The position numbers were made by a program, and so were the translations under genes. Positions 29,227-38,257 of a stretch of DNA of 64,000 bases are shown piece after piece. How positions within the stretch are numbered: position 1 is the first letter of the stretch; every line of letters begins with the position of its first letter. Below the pieces are notes generated by a model, which did no database searches, was not told the origin of the DNA, and saw only the letters and a program-made list of their open reading frames with translations. The stretch is from Candidatus Blautia stercoravium. Its GTDB lineage: Bacteria > Bacillota > Clostridia > Lachnospirales > Lachnospiraceae. The DNA lies in NCBI GenBank assembly GCA_019114495.1, contig DXFK01000038.1, forward strand, positions 367 to 64,366, written 5' to 3'.

Positions 29227-31209
29227 TCATTTGGAAATACTGATAAAGTCTGCTGTTTCGTTGATAAAGTCAAAGTTTACCTCGGTTCCCTTTTCGTTGG
29301 AACGGATTTTCAGGCTGCCATGCAGCTTGTCCTGCACCATGGTACGGACAATGTTCAGCCCCAGGCTGCCAGCCCGTATTTTCCCGGTATCAAAGCCAAT
29401 GCCGTCATCCTTCACGGTAAGTCTGGAATAAACCTTTCCTTTTTCAATATGGACAGATACATTCCCCGATTCCCTGCCGCAAAACGCATATTTCATACAA
29501 TTCTGCAGCAATTCGTTGACAGACAGAGCCACGGAAGTAGCTATCTCAGAATCCACGGTCATATCTTCTCCCGTAATTTCCAGATTCAGCTTTAAATCCG
29601 ACTTCAAAAAAGGCTGTACCGCATTGCGTCTGACATTCTCCAGAACTTCCATAAGACTGACACAGACTTCTCCGCTCTGGGAAAGAAGCTGATGTGTGGC
29701 TGAAATGGATAAAATCCGGCTGATACTTTCGTTTAACACCCGCCGGGTTTCCTCATGCTCCTCTCTTCTGGCCTGAAGCCTTAAAAGCGAAGCTATGGTC
29801 TGAAGATTGTTCTTTACCCGGTGATGCAGTTCCTTCACTGCAACGGATTTCAGAACCAGATTCTTCTCCTGTTCACGATTCCAGGTAATGTCCCGGATAA
29901 TCACCGCAAATTGAATTTCCTTTTTCATCAGGGGAATCTGCCTTACCCGCAGATAATAGTTTCCACAGTGAACCTCCTTCAGCCGTTCCATACTGTCTTC
30001 GGTGCCGCTCCACTTTGTCAGACAGATATTTTTATACTTCTGCCCCAGAATGTCGCTGACATAACCCAGATTCTGAAAAAGTTCCCTTGCGTACAGGTTG
30101 CGAAAAGACACCCGCCCCTTGTAGTCCACCAACAGAAGCGCTTCATCTATGCTCTCTGTGAGCCATTCATTCTCGTTAATCATATGGTTCAGCGGTGTCT
30201 CAATGGCTTCATAACTCTTTCCTTCCTCCTGGTTCTCCTCATCCTCTGCAATGCGTTTTTCTCTGATGAGCACCCCGATCACCCGGGAATTGTACTTGAT
30301 GGGTTCCACAGACTGAACGGTGTAGTTATTTTCCTGTGTCCTGGCTTTCATGTACTTTGTGGCAACCCCCAGACGAAAAGTACGGGCCACAGCTGGTTCG
30401 TTTTCCTCTTTTGCAAGCATACCCACCACACTGCTGCGGTAAGCAGAGGGAACTTCCTCCGGCTTTGCTTCTGCCACCACAATGGCATCCTTATCCCTGC
30501 AGGGGCAGTCCACAAAAATGTCTGCTGCTTCCAGATTAGCCAGAGGCTGAAGGGTTCCAGCCATCATTTCAATTACCTGAATCTCCTCCTCTGAAAGGTC
30601 TGTGTATTCCCTGCAAAGCTGATGTATCAACTTCTGCATCCTATTCCCTCTGCGTATCAAAATAATCTCTGCAACCTTTTTCATGGAAATATTCTTTTCC
30701 CGGCTGATGTTGCGTATGTAGTCATAAGCCTGCTGTTCGGAAAGTCCGTTTTTACTCATAATGACTCCTTTTGCCTGCTCTACCAGGGTTCGGCTTTCCA
30801 GACGCCTGGTTACGCTCTGGCACTCCTTTTCCAGACGCCTCATGGTCTTATTTCTCTCTACCGCAATTTCAAGTCCCGGAAGAAAAGTCCTCTCGTCTAC
30901 GGGTTTTACAAAATAGGCGCTGACATTGGCCTCCTTTGCCTCCTGGATAAATTCCTTGTCACAGTAAGCTGTGAGAAGTACCACGGCTTCCGCCAGTTTT
31001 TCCTCCGCAATAATTTTAGAAGCGGTCAGACCGTCTAAAAGAGGCATTTTCACATCCATAATAACTAAATCCGGCTGTTCCTTTCTGCACATTTCCACCA
31101 CATCAAAGCCGTCTGCTGCCTCGCCTGCCACTGTATATCCTTCCTTTTCCAGAATTTCCTTTAAATCCATTCTGATAATCGGCTCGTCATCTGCAATGAT
31201 TACTCGCAT
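29227..31209 (-). CDS. eutVW: Fused EutV (receiver plus ANTAR) and EutW (sensor histidine kinase)
   Basis: ADDE and MDVKMP receiver; VEQAKG...AYDYIR ANTAR; Met191 at 30639 starts the EutW part with ELHHRVKNNLQ H-box and DDGIGF / GSLGL G-boxes; no stop between the two. Confidence 0.9.
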   Translation of the reverse strand: MRVIIADDEPIIRMDLKEILEKEGYTVAGEAADGFDVVEMCRKEQPDLVIMDVKMPLLDGLTASKIIAEEKLAEAVVLLTAYCDKEFIQEAKEANVSAYFVKPVDERTFLPGLEIAVERNKTMRRLEKECQSVTRRLESRTLVEQAKGVIMSKNGLSEQQAYDYIRNISREKNISMKKVAEIILIRRGNRMQKLIHQLCREYTDLSEEEIQVIEMMAGTLQPLANLEAADIFVDCPCRDKDAIVVAEAKPEEVPSAYRSSVVGMLAKEENEPAVARTFRLGVATKYMKARTQENNYTVQSVEPIKYNSRVIGVLIREKRIAEDEENQEEGKSYEAIETPLNHMINENEWLTESIDEALLLVDYKGRVSFRNLYARELFQNLGYVSDILGQKYKNICLTKWSGTEDSMERLKEVHCGNYYLRVRQIPLMKKEIQFAVIIRDITWNREQEKNLVLKSVAVKELHHRVKNNLQTIASLLRLQARREEHEETRRVLNESISRILSISATHQLLSQSGEVCVSLMEVLENVRRNAVQPFLKSDLKLNLEITGEDMTVDSEIATSVALSVNELLQNCMKYAFCGRESGNVSVHIEKGKVYSRLTVKDDGIGFDTGKIRAGSLGLNIVRTMVQDKLHGSLKIRSNEKGTEVNFDFINETADFISISK

Positions 31210-31233
31210 GTTTCCTGTCCTTCCTTGTACCCT

Positions 31234-31689
31234 TTATTCCCCGCTGTCCGAAGATAAAAATTCCAGTAATTCTTCAAATCCGGTTCCTGCATAACTGCTG
31301 GTAACAAAAGTTTGTCCTGCTCCTGCATTTCTCAAATATTTCTTTGCGTCCTCTATCTGCTTCTCCCCTGCCAGGTCACTTTTTGTCACGACTCCGATAC
31401 AGGGTTTCGCAAAGGTGCTGGAATATCCGGGGGGAAACATCGTTCCTTCCTCGTCCGCCTGCTGAACCAGAATAATCAAATCTGCGTCTGTGGCCGTAAC
31501 GGTAAGGGCGCCTCGTAAATAAGTACGCTCCAGATATTCGCCGGGTGTATCAATCATATTTCCGTTGACCACCTGAATGGTCTGGGTTTTATGGTATTTC
31601 AAATCCTCATTGTTTATGTACTGGCACAGGGTTGTCTTCCCTGCCATAGACCGGCCAATGAGAATCACCCTTTTCTGTTTCCTATCCAT
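31234..31689 (-). CDS. eutP: EutP/PduV family P-loop protein
   Basis: LIGRSMAGKTTL, KTQ, IDTPGEYLE, GVVTKSD; ATG 31689 with GGAG RBS. Confidence 0.93.
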   Translation of the reverse strand: MDRKQKRVILIGRSMAGKTTLCQYINNEDLKYHKTQTIQVVNGNMIDTPGEYLERTYLRGALTVTATDADLIILVQQADEEGTMFPPGYSSTFAKPCIGVVTKSDLAGEKQIEDAKKYLRNAGAGQTFVTSSYAGTGFEELLEFLSSDSGE

Positions 31690-31714
31690 CTTTCTCTCCT
31701 GCCTTCTCCTGCTG

Positions 31715-32062
31715 TCAGGACCTTGTAATCGGTGCAGGCGCAAATCCCATGGTATCACAGAGTACGCTCATGACATCATGCAGCGCAGCCTCCACTCCGG
31801 CTACGTCTCCGGTAATAATAAGGGAACCGTTAAAACAGTCTACAAAGCCGATTTTTACGTCTGCGGCCTTGCTTGCCACATCTGCTGCAATGATGGCGGC
31901 TTCACTGGGCGTAATGGTAAAAATCCCAATGGCACCTTCTGCGTCAATCAACCCCATTTTCCCATACAGTGTCTCTACAGGGTGAGGAATCACATGGGCC
32001 AGCGTCACCTGCTTGCCCGGGACAAATTCCTGTATAATTCTCTCTTTTTTTTCTTCATACAT
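31715..32062 (-). CDS. eutS: Circularly permuted BMC protein EutS/PduU
   Basis: [41 protein letters not shown]. Confidence 0.95.
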   Translation of the reverse strand: MYEEKKERIIQEFVPGKQVTLAHVIPHPVETLYGKMGLIDAEGAIGIFTITPSEAAIIAADVASKAADVKIGFVDCFNGSLIITGDVAGVEAALHDVMSVLCDTMGFAPAPITRS

Positions 32063-32078
32063 GACTGTCTGCCTCCCC

Positions 32079-33215
32079 TTAAATCAGCCGTCCCGTATAG
32101 GCTCTTAAAAATATGCCTCGAATGTCTTCCTTGGAACATGCTCTGGGATTCGTCTTTGTGCAGGCATCCTGATAAGCGGCTTCCACCATCTCGTCCAGCA
32201 CTGCGTCAAAATCCTCCCTGGAAACCCCCGCTGCTTCAATACTGTCAGGAATATGCAGCTGTTTAATATACTGCTTTGTGGTACGAACAACGCTGAAAGC
32301 GCTCTGGCGGATACTTGGCCCGTCCAGTCTCAGCACTCTGGCAATTCTGGCATAACGCGCCGCCACCGGCGTAAGCTGCTCATGACAGCCTGCGTTAAAC
32401 GCCATAACATAGGGAAGTAAAATACCATTTGCCCGTCCGTGGGGAATGTGAAAATGCGCACCCAGGGTATGGGCCATTCCATGATTCAGTCCCAGTCCTG
32501 CGTTACTGAACGCAAGTCCCGCCAGACAGGATGCATTGTGCATCTCCTGTCTTGCATGCAAATCGTCAGGATTTTTGTAGACCTTCATCAAATTGCTTCT
32601 GACAAGCTTCATCGCTTTCTCAGCCGCAGCGTCGGTAAAATCATTGGCCCCTGTAGATACAAAGGCTTCAATGGCATGTGTCAGTACGTCAATCCCTGTA
32701 TCTGCCGTAACCGCCGGCGGAACAGAGCGTACCAGTTCTGCGTCCAGAATCGCTGCGTCAGGAAGCAGTTCGTCGGATACCAGCGGATATTTCGCTGACT
32801 GCTCCGGGTCGCTGATAACCGAAAACCTGCTGACCTCAGAACCTGTGCCGCTTGTTGTAGGAATGGCTACGAAGGTTCTCTTCTTGTCCAGACCGCCCTG
32901 TACAGACAGCCAGTTCATGGCTTTCGCTGCATCAATGGGCGAACCGCCTCCCAGTGCAAATAAAACCTGTGGCTGAAATTCCAGCATTTTTCCAATGCCT
33001 TTGGTGACCGTAGCAATGTCCGGATCAGGTTTGACTTCAGAAAATATCTGATATTCAATCTTTCTTGCTTCCAACGGCTCTGTCAGATAGCTGACCTTTC
33101 CGCTTTCATGCATAAACCTGTCCGTTACGATAAACGCCCGGCTGACGCCCTGCAGAATTTCATCCAGCCCGTCTTTTCCCATGAAAATCCGGGTCTTTAA
33201 AACAAACTCTCCCAA
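32079..33215 (-). CDS. eutG: Iron-containing alcohol dehydrogenase (EutG-like)
   Basis: [41 protein letters not shown]; TTG start 33215 with AAAGGAGG RBS. Confidence 0.9.
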   Translation of the reverse strand: MGEFVLKTRIFMGKDGLDEILQGVSRAFIVTDRFMHESGKVSYLTEPLEARKIEYQIFSEVKPDPDIATVTKGIGKMLEFQPQVLFALGGGSPIDAAKAMNWLSVQGGLDKKRTFVAIPTTSGTGSEVSRFSVISDPEQSAKYPLVSDELLPDAAILDAELVRSVPPAVTADTGIDVLTHAIEAFVSTGANDFTDAAAEKAMKLVRSNLMKVYKNPDDLHARQEMHNASCLAGLAFSNAGLGLNHGMAHTLGAHFHIPHGRANGILLPYVMAFNAGCHEQLTPVAARYARIARVLRLDGPSIRQSAFSVVRTTKQYIKQLHIPDSIEAAGVSREDFDAVLDEMVEAAYQDACTKTNPRACSKEDIRGIFLRAYTGRLI

Positions 33216-33237
33216 TGTAATCCTCCTTTCTGAAACG

Positions 33238-33293
33238 AAAAAAGTGCCTGGTTTTCCCTTCGCATCCAACCAATACGAAAAACCAAGACACTT
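33238..33293 (-). terminator. Leader terminator (attenuator) upstream of eutG
   Basis: AAGTGTCTTGGTTTT...AAAACCAGGCACTT followed by a T-run, between promoter and RBS. Confidence 0.75.
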
Positions 33294-33354
33294 CAACGCT
33301 CTTAGACTAATCCATTCGTACCTGCTGCGTCGCAGATACTCCTAAATTGCTGTT

Positions 33355-33383
33355 ATTGTAGCACACGGAAGCACTTCTGTCAA
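33355..33383 (-). promoter_or_regulatory. sigmaA promoter of the eut operon
   Basis: TTGACA-17 bp-TACAAT. Confidence 0.85.
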
Positions 33384-33537
33384 CTTTGTTTATTTTTTTC
33401 TTCTTTTTTTTATTTTAATGTACATTTCAACCATAGTATTTTCTCTATTTCAAGGGATTCGTTAGTCAACTTACTCTTTTTTCTGTATTTTCATTTCCTT
33501 TTCTCACAATTTTACTTTTACACTTCCCGTCCGTTCC

Positions 33538-33894
33538 TTAATTCTTCATCTTCGGACTGAAGAGAATACTTGCGACGTATCCGAAAATCAGAGCTGCTGA
33601 AATCCCCACTGCACTGGCGGTAAATCCCCCCATGAAAAGTCCCAGAAAACCATGTTCCAGCACAGCCTTCTTCACCCCTTTAAACAAAGTATTGCCAAAG
33701 CCCAGCAAAGGAACGCTGGCTCCCGCTCCTGCAAAGGAAATCAGCTTGTCGTACAGTCCCACACTTCCAAGCACTACTCCGGCACAAACCAGAAGCACCA
33801 TAATTCTTCCCGGCATCAGCTTCGTCTTTTCCAGAAGAATCTGTACCAGAGCGCAAATCAGCCCGCCTACCCAGAATGCATTTACATAATCCAT
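33538..33894 (-). CDS. spoVAE: Stage V sporulation protein AE (SpoVAEb type)
   Basis: AFWVGGLIC, GAGASVPLLGFG, AGISA-like VGISAALIFG. Confidence 0.9.
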   Translation of the reverse strand: MDYVNAFWVGGLICALVQILLEKTKLMPGRIMVLLVCAGVVLGSVGLYDKLISFAGAGASVPLLGFGNTLFKGVKKAVLEHGFLGLFMGGFTASAVGISAALIFGYVASILFSPKMKN

Positions 33895-33906
33895 CTTCTT
33901 TTCTCC

Positions 33907-34920
33907 TCAACAATGTTCTATTACAACAGCCTGGGCAATACCCGGCACACTTTTTCCCTCGTTGTAGCTGACCTTGGACAGCAAGGCTCCTGTAGGAATA
34001 AAAAGCACCCGCTTCCATTCCCCCTTTTCCACCTTGGGCAGAATATAGCCGGCCAGAGTAACTGCTGCACAGCCGCAGCCGCTGCCCCCGGCATGGGTGT
34101 CCTGAGTATCCGCATCAAAAATTTCTATACCGCAGTCCATATGCTGTTTCTCAATATCAAATCCTTTTTCTTTCAGCAGGTCAAAAAGAATCCTCTGCCC
34201 CACCTGTCCCAAATCCCCGGTGATAATCCGGTCATAATCCTCTGGGAGACGATTAAAGTCCATGAGATTCTGATAAATGGAATCACAGGCTGCAGGCGCC
34301 ATACAGGCTCCCATATTCATGGAATCCTTCAGACCAAAGTCCACAATTTTTCCTGTGGTAATTCCCGTAATTCTTGCCTTTCCGCCCTTTGTTCCCAAAA
34401 TACAGGCTCCGCTTCCCGTCACCGTCCAGGTTGCAGAAAGGGGTCTCTGGCTTCCGTATCCCAGGGGAAAGCGGAATTCCTTCTCTGCACTGGCAAAATG
34501 GCTGGAGGTGACTGCTGCCACATATTCTCCATATCCTCCTGCCACAGCCATGGACGCCAGGGAAAGTCCCTCTCCCATAGTTGAGCATGCTCCATACAGG
34601 CCGTATACCGGGGTATGAAATCCCATAATCCCAAAAGAAGAGGCAATGGTCTGTGCCAGCAAATCTCCGGCGAAAATCATGCGTAACTGCCACTTCTCAA
34701 TCCCTGCCTTTTCAATAGCCATGGAAACTGCTTCTTTTTGAAGAAAGCTTTCTGCTTCCTCCCAGGATTTGCGGCCAAAAAGTCCGTCTGCTTCTCCTAT
34801 CCGGTCAAAATACTTCCCCAGAGGACCGTCCCCCTCCTTTTTCCCTACAATGGAGGCTGCGCTTAAAATATGCACGGCCCGTTCAAACTGTATGCTCTGT
34901 TTCCCTATCATCTGTTCCAT
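33907..34920 (-). CDS. spoVAD: Stage V sporulation protein AD
   Basis: SWEEAES, GLYGACST, SHFASAEKEFRFP, ATWTVTGSG, NMGACMAPAA, GGSGCGC. Confidence 0.95.
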   Translation of the reverse strand: MEQMIGKQSIQFERAVHILSAASIVGKKEGDGPLGKYFDRIGEADGLFGRKSWEEAESFLQKEAVSMAIEKAGIEKWQLRMIFAGDLLAQTIASSFGIMGFHTPVYGLYGACSTMGEGLSLASMAVAGGYGEYVAAVTSSHFASAEKEFRFPLGYGSQRPLSATWTVTGSGACILGTKGGKARITGITTGKIVDFGLKDSMNMGACMAPAACDSIYQNLMDFNRLPEDYDRIITGDLGQVGQRILFDLLKEKGFDIEKQHMDCGIEIFDADTQDTHAGGSGCGCAAVTLAGYILPKVEKGEWKRVLFIPTGALLSKVSYNEGKSVPGIAQAVVIEHC

Positions 34921-35396
34921 TACACAATCCCCCATATATGCAAAAAGTAATAAATCAGCCCCAGGAAGAATGAGGTCAGAATCCCATAAAGAATCACCGG
35001 ACCGGCTATGGTAAAAATTTTGCAGCCGATGCCAAAAACCTGTCCTTCCTTCTGGTATTCAATAGCCGGAGCTGCCACAGAATTTGCAAATCCGGTAATG
35101 GGCACTAATGTTCCGGCCCCACCCCATTTTGCCAGCTTGGGATAAATACCGAATCCGGTAAGGAGAACGCTGGCCAATACCAAAAGCAGCGAAGTCCATG
35201 CACCGCTTATTTCCTGGTTCATCCCCATGTTTTTGCAGATATTTAAAATCACCTGTCCTGCCACACAAATCAGACCGCCCATGATAAAGGCTCCTGCCAT
35301 ATTCAAAAGCAGGCTGTGGGTAGGTGTTTTTTTCTTTACGTATGCTTCATATTCCTTGGCTTTTCTCTTTTGCTCTTCACTTTGTGGTGTTGGCAT
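34920..35396 (-). CDS. spoVAC: Stage V sporulation protein AC
   Basis: AFIMGGLIC, GAGTLVPITGFANS, FTIAGPVI. Confidence 0.95.
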   Translation of the reverse strand: MPTPQSEEQKRKAKEYEAYVKKKTPTHSLLLNMAGAFIMGGLICVAGQVILNICKNMGMNQEISGAWTSLLLVLASVLLTGFGIYPKLAKWGGAGTLVPITGFANSVAAPAIEYQKEGQVFGIGCKIFTIAGPVILYGILTSFFLGLIYYFLHIWGIV

Positions 35397-35472
35397 GAGA
35401 GGATACCTCCTTTTTGTCCTTTGAGAGAAGGGCTGTGTCCTTAGAAAAAAAGAACTTCTCCCTGCTCTGAAT

Positions 35473-35501
35473 TAGTGTGTGCGGGTTTTCGGTTTTTATT
35501 C
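35473..35501 (-). promoter_or_regulatory. Putative sigmaG promoter for spoVAC-AD-AE
   Basis: GAATA-17 bp-CACACTA, fits the GHATA/CAHAHTA forespore consensus. Confidence 0.55.
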
Positions 35502-35518
35502 CAGGTTCTTTTCCCTGG

Positions 35519-35938
35519 TTATTTCCAGAGAAAAAACTGCAGAAGACTTCCTAAAGTCTTTCCCAGGGCTATAGACAGAATAATGAGAGCCGTTCCTTTT
35601 TTCAGACCCAGACGACGGGACATAATGGCAAATACATTGACCACTTCGCCCAGAGCGATTATCCAGCTTCCCAAAAAAATACCAAAACACAGCGCCATAA
35701 TTCCCAGAAAAATTTTTCCAAAAGGCAGAGAAAGCTCGTAGACAGATACCAGATTCCCCAAAAAACTGCCCAGCATAAGACAGGTTTCATACAAAAGGAT
35801 GTGATTGGCTGTATGGGTGATTCCGGCAAAACGGGGAATGATCCCCAGCTCAATGATAAATGCGGCAAGAGCGGTAGCTACCACAGCGCCTCCGCACAAA
35901 GCCGCTGCCGCCGCCACAGCTTCGCCGGGCCACATCAC
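35519..35938 (-). CDS. spoVAB: Stage V sporulation protein AB
   Basis: ELGIIPRFA, YETCLMLG, GIFLGSWIIALGEVVNVF, GKTLGSL. Confidence 0.9.
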   Translation of the reverse strand: MMWPGEAVAAAAALCGGAVVATALAAFIIELGIIPRFAGITHTANHILLYETCLMLGSFLGNLVSVYELSLPFGKIFLGIMALCFGIFLGSWIIALGEVVNVFAIMSRRLGLKKGTALIILSIALGKTLGSLLQFFLWK

Positions 35939-36549
35939 AGTTTTCCTCCTCTGTTTTTTACCGCTATGAGGGTACGGTTTACATCATCTTCGTATACCCG
36001 CATCTGCACCTCCATGGGGGTAGGGTCCTGGGTTAGCTTCCGGTGTCCGAAGTGGTTGAAAAAGAACACCACCCCAATACCGATACCCAAGGAATAGCAG
36101 AATTCCAAAATGGTATGTCCCGTGGAAATTTCTCCCGTAAACTGGCGGTAAAGCCGAAAAAACAAACCGGACGTATTTACATCTGTATTAAAGGTCATAA
36201 TAGAGAAGGCTCCTCCAAAGAAGGTCAATACACATACCAGAACTGTCTTCAGCCAGCTTATCCACTTCCTGGGCTGATCTTCCCCCTCATAAGTCACAAT
36301 AAAGTTCGCCTCTCCAATATGGGTCACGTCTACGTTTGGTTCCGCCTTTGCCACTGCGCAGACCAGGTCTGCCGCGGAAATCACATACCGCCCCGGCTTT
36401 TCATCGGGAATGGAAAACACTTTGCGGATTTTGTTGCGGTTTAACACTTTGGAATCCCCACAGGTCAGCTTGGCCACATCCTGCAGATACACCTCCGGCT
36501 GATAGACTTCTACATTTTTCTCTGTCTGTATATATAAAATTTCACTCAT
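35935..36549 (-). CDS. spoVAA: Stage V sporulation protein AA
   Basis: FFGGAFSIMTF, YSLGIGIGVVFFFNH, DPTPMEVQMRVYE. Confidence 0.92.
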   Translation of the reverse strand: MSEILYIQTEKNVEVYQPEVYLQDVAKLTCGDSKVLNRNKIRKVFSIPDEKPGRYVISAADLVCAVAKAEPNVDVTHIGEANFIVTYEGEDQPRKWISWLKTVLVCVLTFFGGAFSIMTFNTDVNTSGLFFRLYRQFTGEISTGHTILEFCYSLGIGIGVVFFFNHFGHRKLTQDPTPMEVQMRVYEDDVNRTLIAVKNRGGKL

Positions 36550-36580
36550 CTGACAGCCTCCTTGATTTTGCTTTGGAGAT

Positions 36581-36609
36581 TAGTATGGCTGATTTTCCGT
36601 AAAATATGC
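36581..36609 (-). promoter_or_regulatory. sigmaG promoter for spoVAA
   Basis: GCATA-17 bp-CATACTA; spoVA is a known sigmaG target in Bacillus. Confidence 0.7.
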
Positions 36610-36619
36610 CTTTCCGTTC

Positions 36620-37333
36620 CTATAGATTTGCCCGCAGTCTGTCTAAAATTTTTTTCTCCATGCGTGAAACCTGCACCTGGGACATTCCCATCTCCTGCGC
36701 AATGCTGCTCTGGGTTCTGTCCTGAAAGAACCGCAGGTAAATCAATTCTCGTTCTTTGCTGTCCAAAGTTCCAAGGGCCTGTTCTAAAAACATGCGGTTC
36801 ACCACCATTTCCTGCTGATTCTCCTCCAGAGGCAGTTTATCCTCCAGCGAAATTTCATTTCCGTCACTCTGGTAAATGGTTTTCTGCAGAGATTCCACCT
36901 GTCCCTGAGAATCCATGGCCAATACCAGCTCCTCTCTGGTGATTCCAAGTTCCCGGGCAATCTCTTCCATCCGGGGTTCTTTCCCTTCCTTCAGGAAAAG
37001 TTCTTCCCGGACTGTGTAGGCTTTAGCTGCAGTTTCCTTTAAAGACCTGCTGACTTTCACCATGCCGTCATCTCTTAAAAACCGCTTGATTTCTCCGGTT
37101 ATCATGGGTACCGCATAAGTAGAAAACCGCACGTCATAAGAGGTGTCAAATTTATCAATGGCCTTTAAAAGGCCGATACAACCTATCTGTATCAGGTCCT
37201 CCATCTCCACACCCCGGTTCTGAAACCTTCTGGCAATACTGTGAACAAGTCCCATATTGTTTTCTGTCAGTATCTCTCTTGCTCTCTTATCTCCCTGGTG
37301 CGCGCGCCCGATAAGGGCAAGAATCTCATCCAT
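36620..37333 (-). CDS. sigF: Sporulation sigma factor SigF
   Basis: DLIQIGCIGLLKAIDKFD, FSTYAVPMITGEIKRFLRDDG, SQVQVSR; follows spoIIAA and spoIIAB. Confidence 0.95.
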   Translation of the reverse strand: MDEILALIGRAHQGDKRAREILTENNMGLVHSIARRFQNRGVEMEDLIQIGCIGLLKAIDKFDTSYDVRFSTYAVPMITGEIKRFLRDDGMVKVSRSLKETAAKAYTVREELFLKEGKEPRMEEIARELGITREELVLAMDSQGQVESLQKTIYQSDGNEISLEDKLPLEENQQEMVVNRMFLEQALGTLDSKERELIYLRFFQDRTQSSIAQEMGMSQVQVSRMEKKILDRLRANL

Positions 37334-37341
37334 ATAACCTC

Positions 37342-37785
37342 CTACTCAAAGACTGAATTCTGCCTTCCGATGATTTTCTTCATGGTTACCAATGTGCCCC
37401 TGCCCGCACAGGATTCCACAGATACCTGGTCCATAAAGGCCTCCATAAAGGCAAACCCCATACCGGAGCGATCCTGTTCCGGCTTAGTGGTAAAAAGAGG
37501 TTCCATGGCCTTTTTCACATCCTCGATGCCTTTTCCCGTATCCTGGATAATGACCGTCAATTCTTTGTTCTGACAGAAACACTCAATGCGGATGATCTCC
37601 GTTTCTTTCTCGTATGCATGGACAATACAGTTGGTAATGGCCTCAGACACTGCGGTTTTAATATCCGCCACCTCCTCCAAAGTGGGATTCAGTTGCGTGG
37701 CAAAGGCCGCCACGGCTATTCTGGCCAGACCTTCATTGCAGGAACGGCTCTCCACTTCAAGCACCATTTTATTTTTATGCTCCAT
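37342..37785 (-). CDS. spoIIAB: Anti-sigmaF factor SpoIIAB
   Basis: DIKTAVSEAITNCIVHAY, DTGKGI, RSGMGFAFME. Confidence 0.96.
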   Translation of the reverse strand: MEHKNKMVLEVESRSCNEGLARIAVAAFATQLNPTLEEVADIKTAVSEAITNCIVHAYEKETEIIRIECFCQNKELTVIIQDTGKGIEDVKKAMEPLFTTKPEQDRSGMGFAFMEAFMDQVSVESCAGRGTLVTMKKIIGRQNSVFE

Positions 37786-37797
37786 TGTTCTCCCCTC

Positions 37798-38133
37798 CTA
37801 TCTCATTTTGCGGTTCCACACCGCCTCCTGGCTAATTTCAATGTGTTTATAGATTCCGGAAAGCTGCATAATACGCCAGATTCTGTCGTTGACATGAATG
37901 GCGCTTACTGTGCCTCCGCAGCAGCTTAAAAGCCGCTTTCTTCCCATAATCATGCCGATTCCCGAACTGTCCATAAAGGTTGTGGCAGAAAAATCAAAGA
38001 CCAGCTGACGGATAATACCCTTTTCCAGCTCCTGATCCAGCGCTTCTGCTATCTGTTCTGCAAAATGATGATCTAATTCCCTGGGTACATAGACTATCAG
38101 ACGGTTTCCCCGTTTTACCATGTTTTCTTCCAT
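37798..38133 (-). CDS. spoIIAA: Anti-anti-sigma factor SpoIIAA
   Basis: ELDHH, FMDSSGIG phosphorylation motif. Confidence 0.94.
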   Translation of the reverse strand: MEENMVKRGNRLIVYVPRELDHHFAEQIAEALDQELEKGIIRQLVFDFSATTFMDSSGIGMIMGRKRLLSCCGGTVSAIHVNDRIWRIMQLSGIYKHIEISQEAVWNRKMR

Positions 38134-38195
38134 TCTTTCTTCCCCTTTCTGCAATCAATTTCCCTACTGTGCCAATAGGCGTGTTTTGGCACTAT

Positions 38196-38238
38196 GAAGA
38201 AAAGGACGCATACTTTTTTCGTATGCGCCCTTTTCTTC
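38196..38238 (-). terminator. Intrinsic terminator after the TPR gene
   Basis: GGGCGCATAC-loop-GTATGCGTCC followed by TTTTCTT. Confidence 0.7.
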
Positions 38239-38257
38239 AAGGTTTCTCTGTTGTTTT

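Noticed and set aside
33216-33296. Upstream-extended starts in the ORF track (eutG 33296; also folC 41264, padR 51268, DUF4230 50994)
   Set aside because: The extensions cover leaders or promoters; strong RBSs support the shorter starts
13632-33383. eut locus as a mobile island
   Set aside because: No integrase, transposase, tRNA or flanking direct repeats seen, and no obvious compositional shift
38134-38195. sigmaH or Spo0A sites for spoIIA
   Set aside because: Only a GTGCCAA/TTGGCAC hairpin is visible; no convincing consensus
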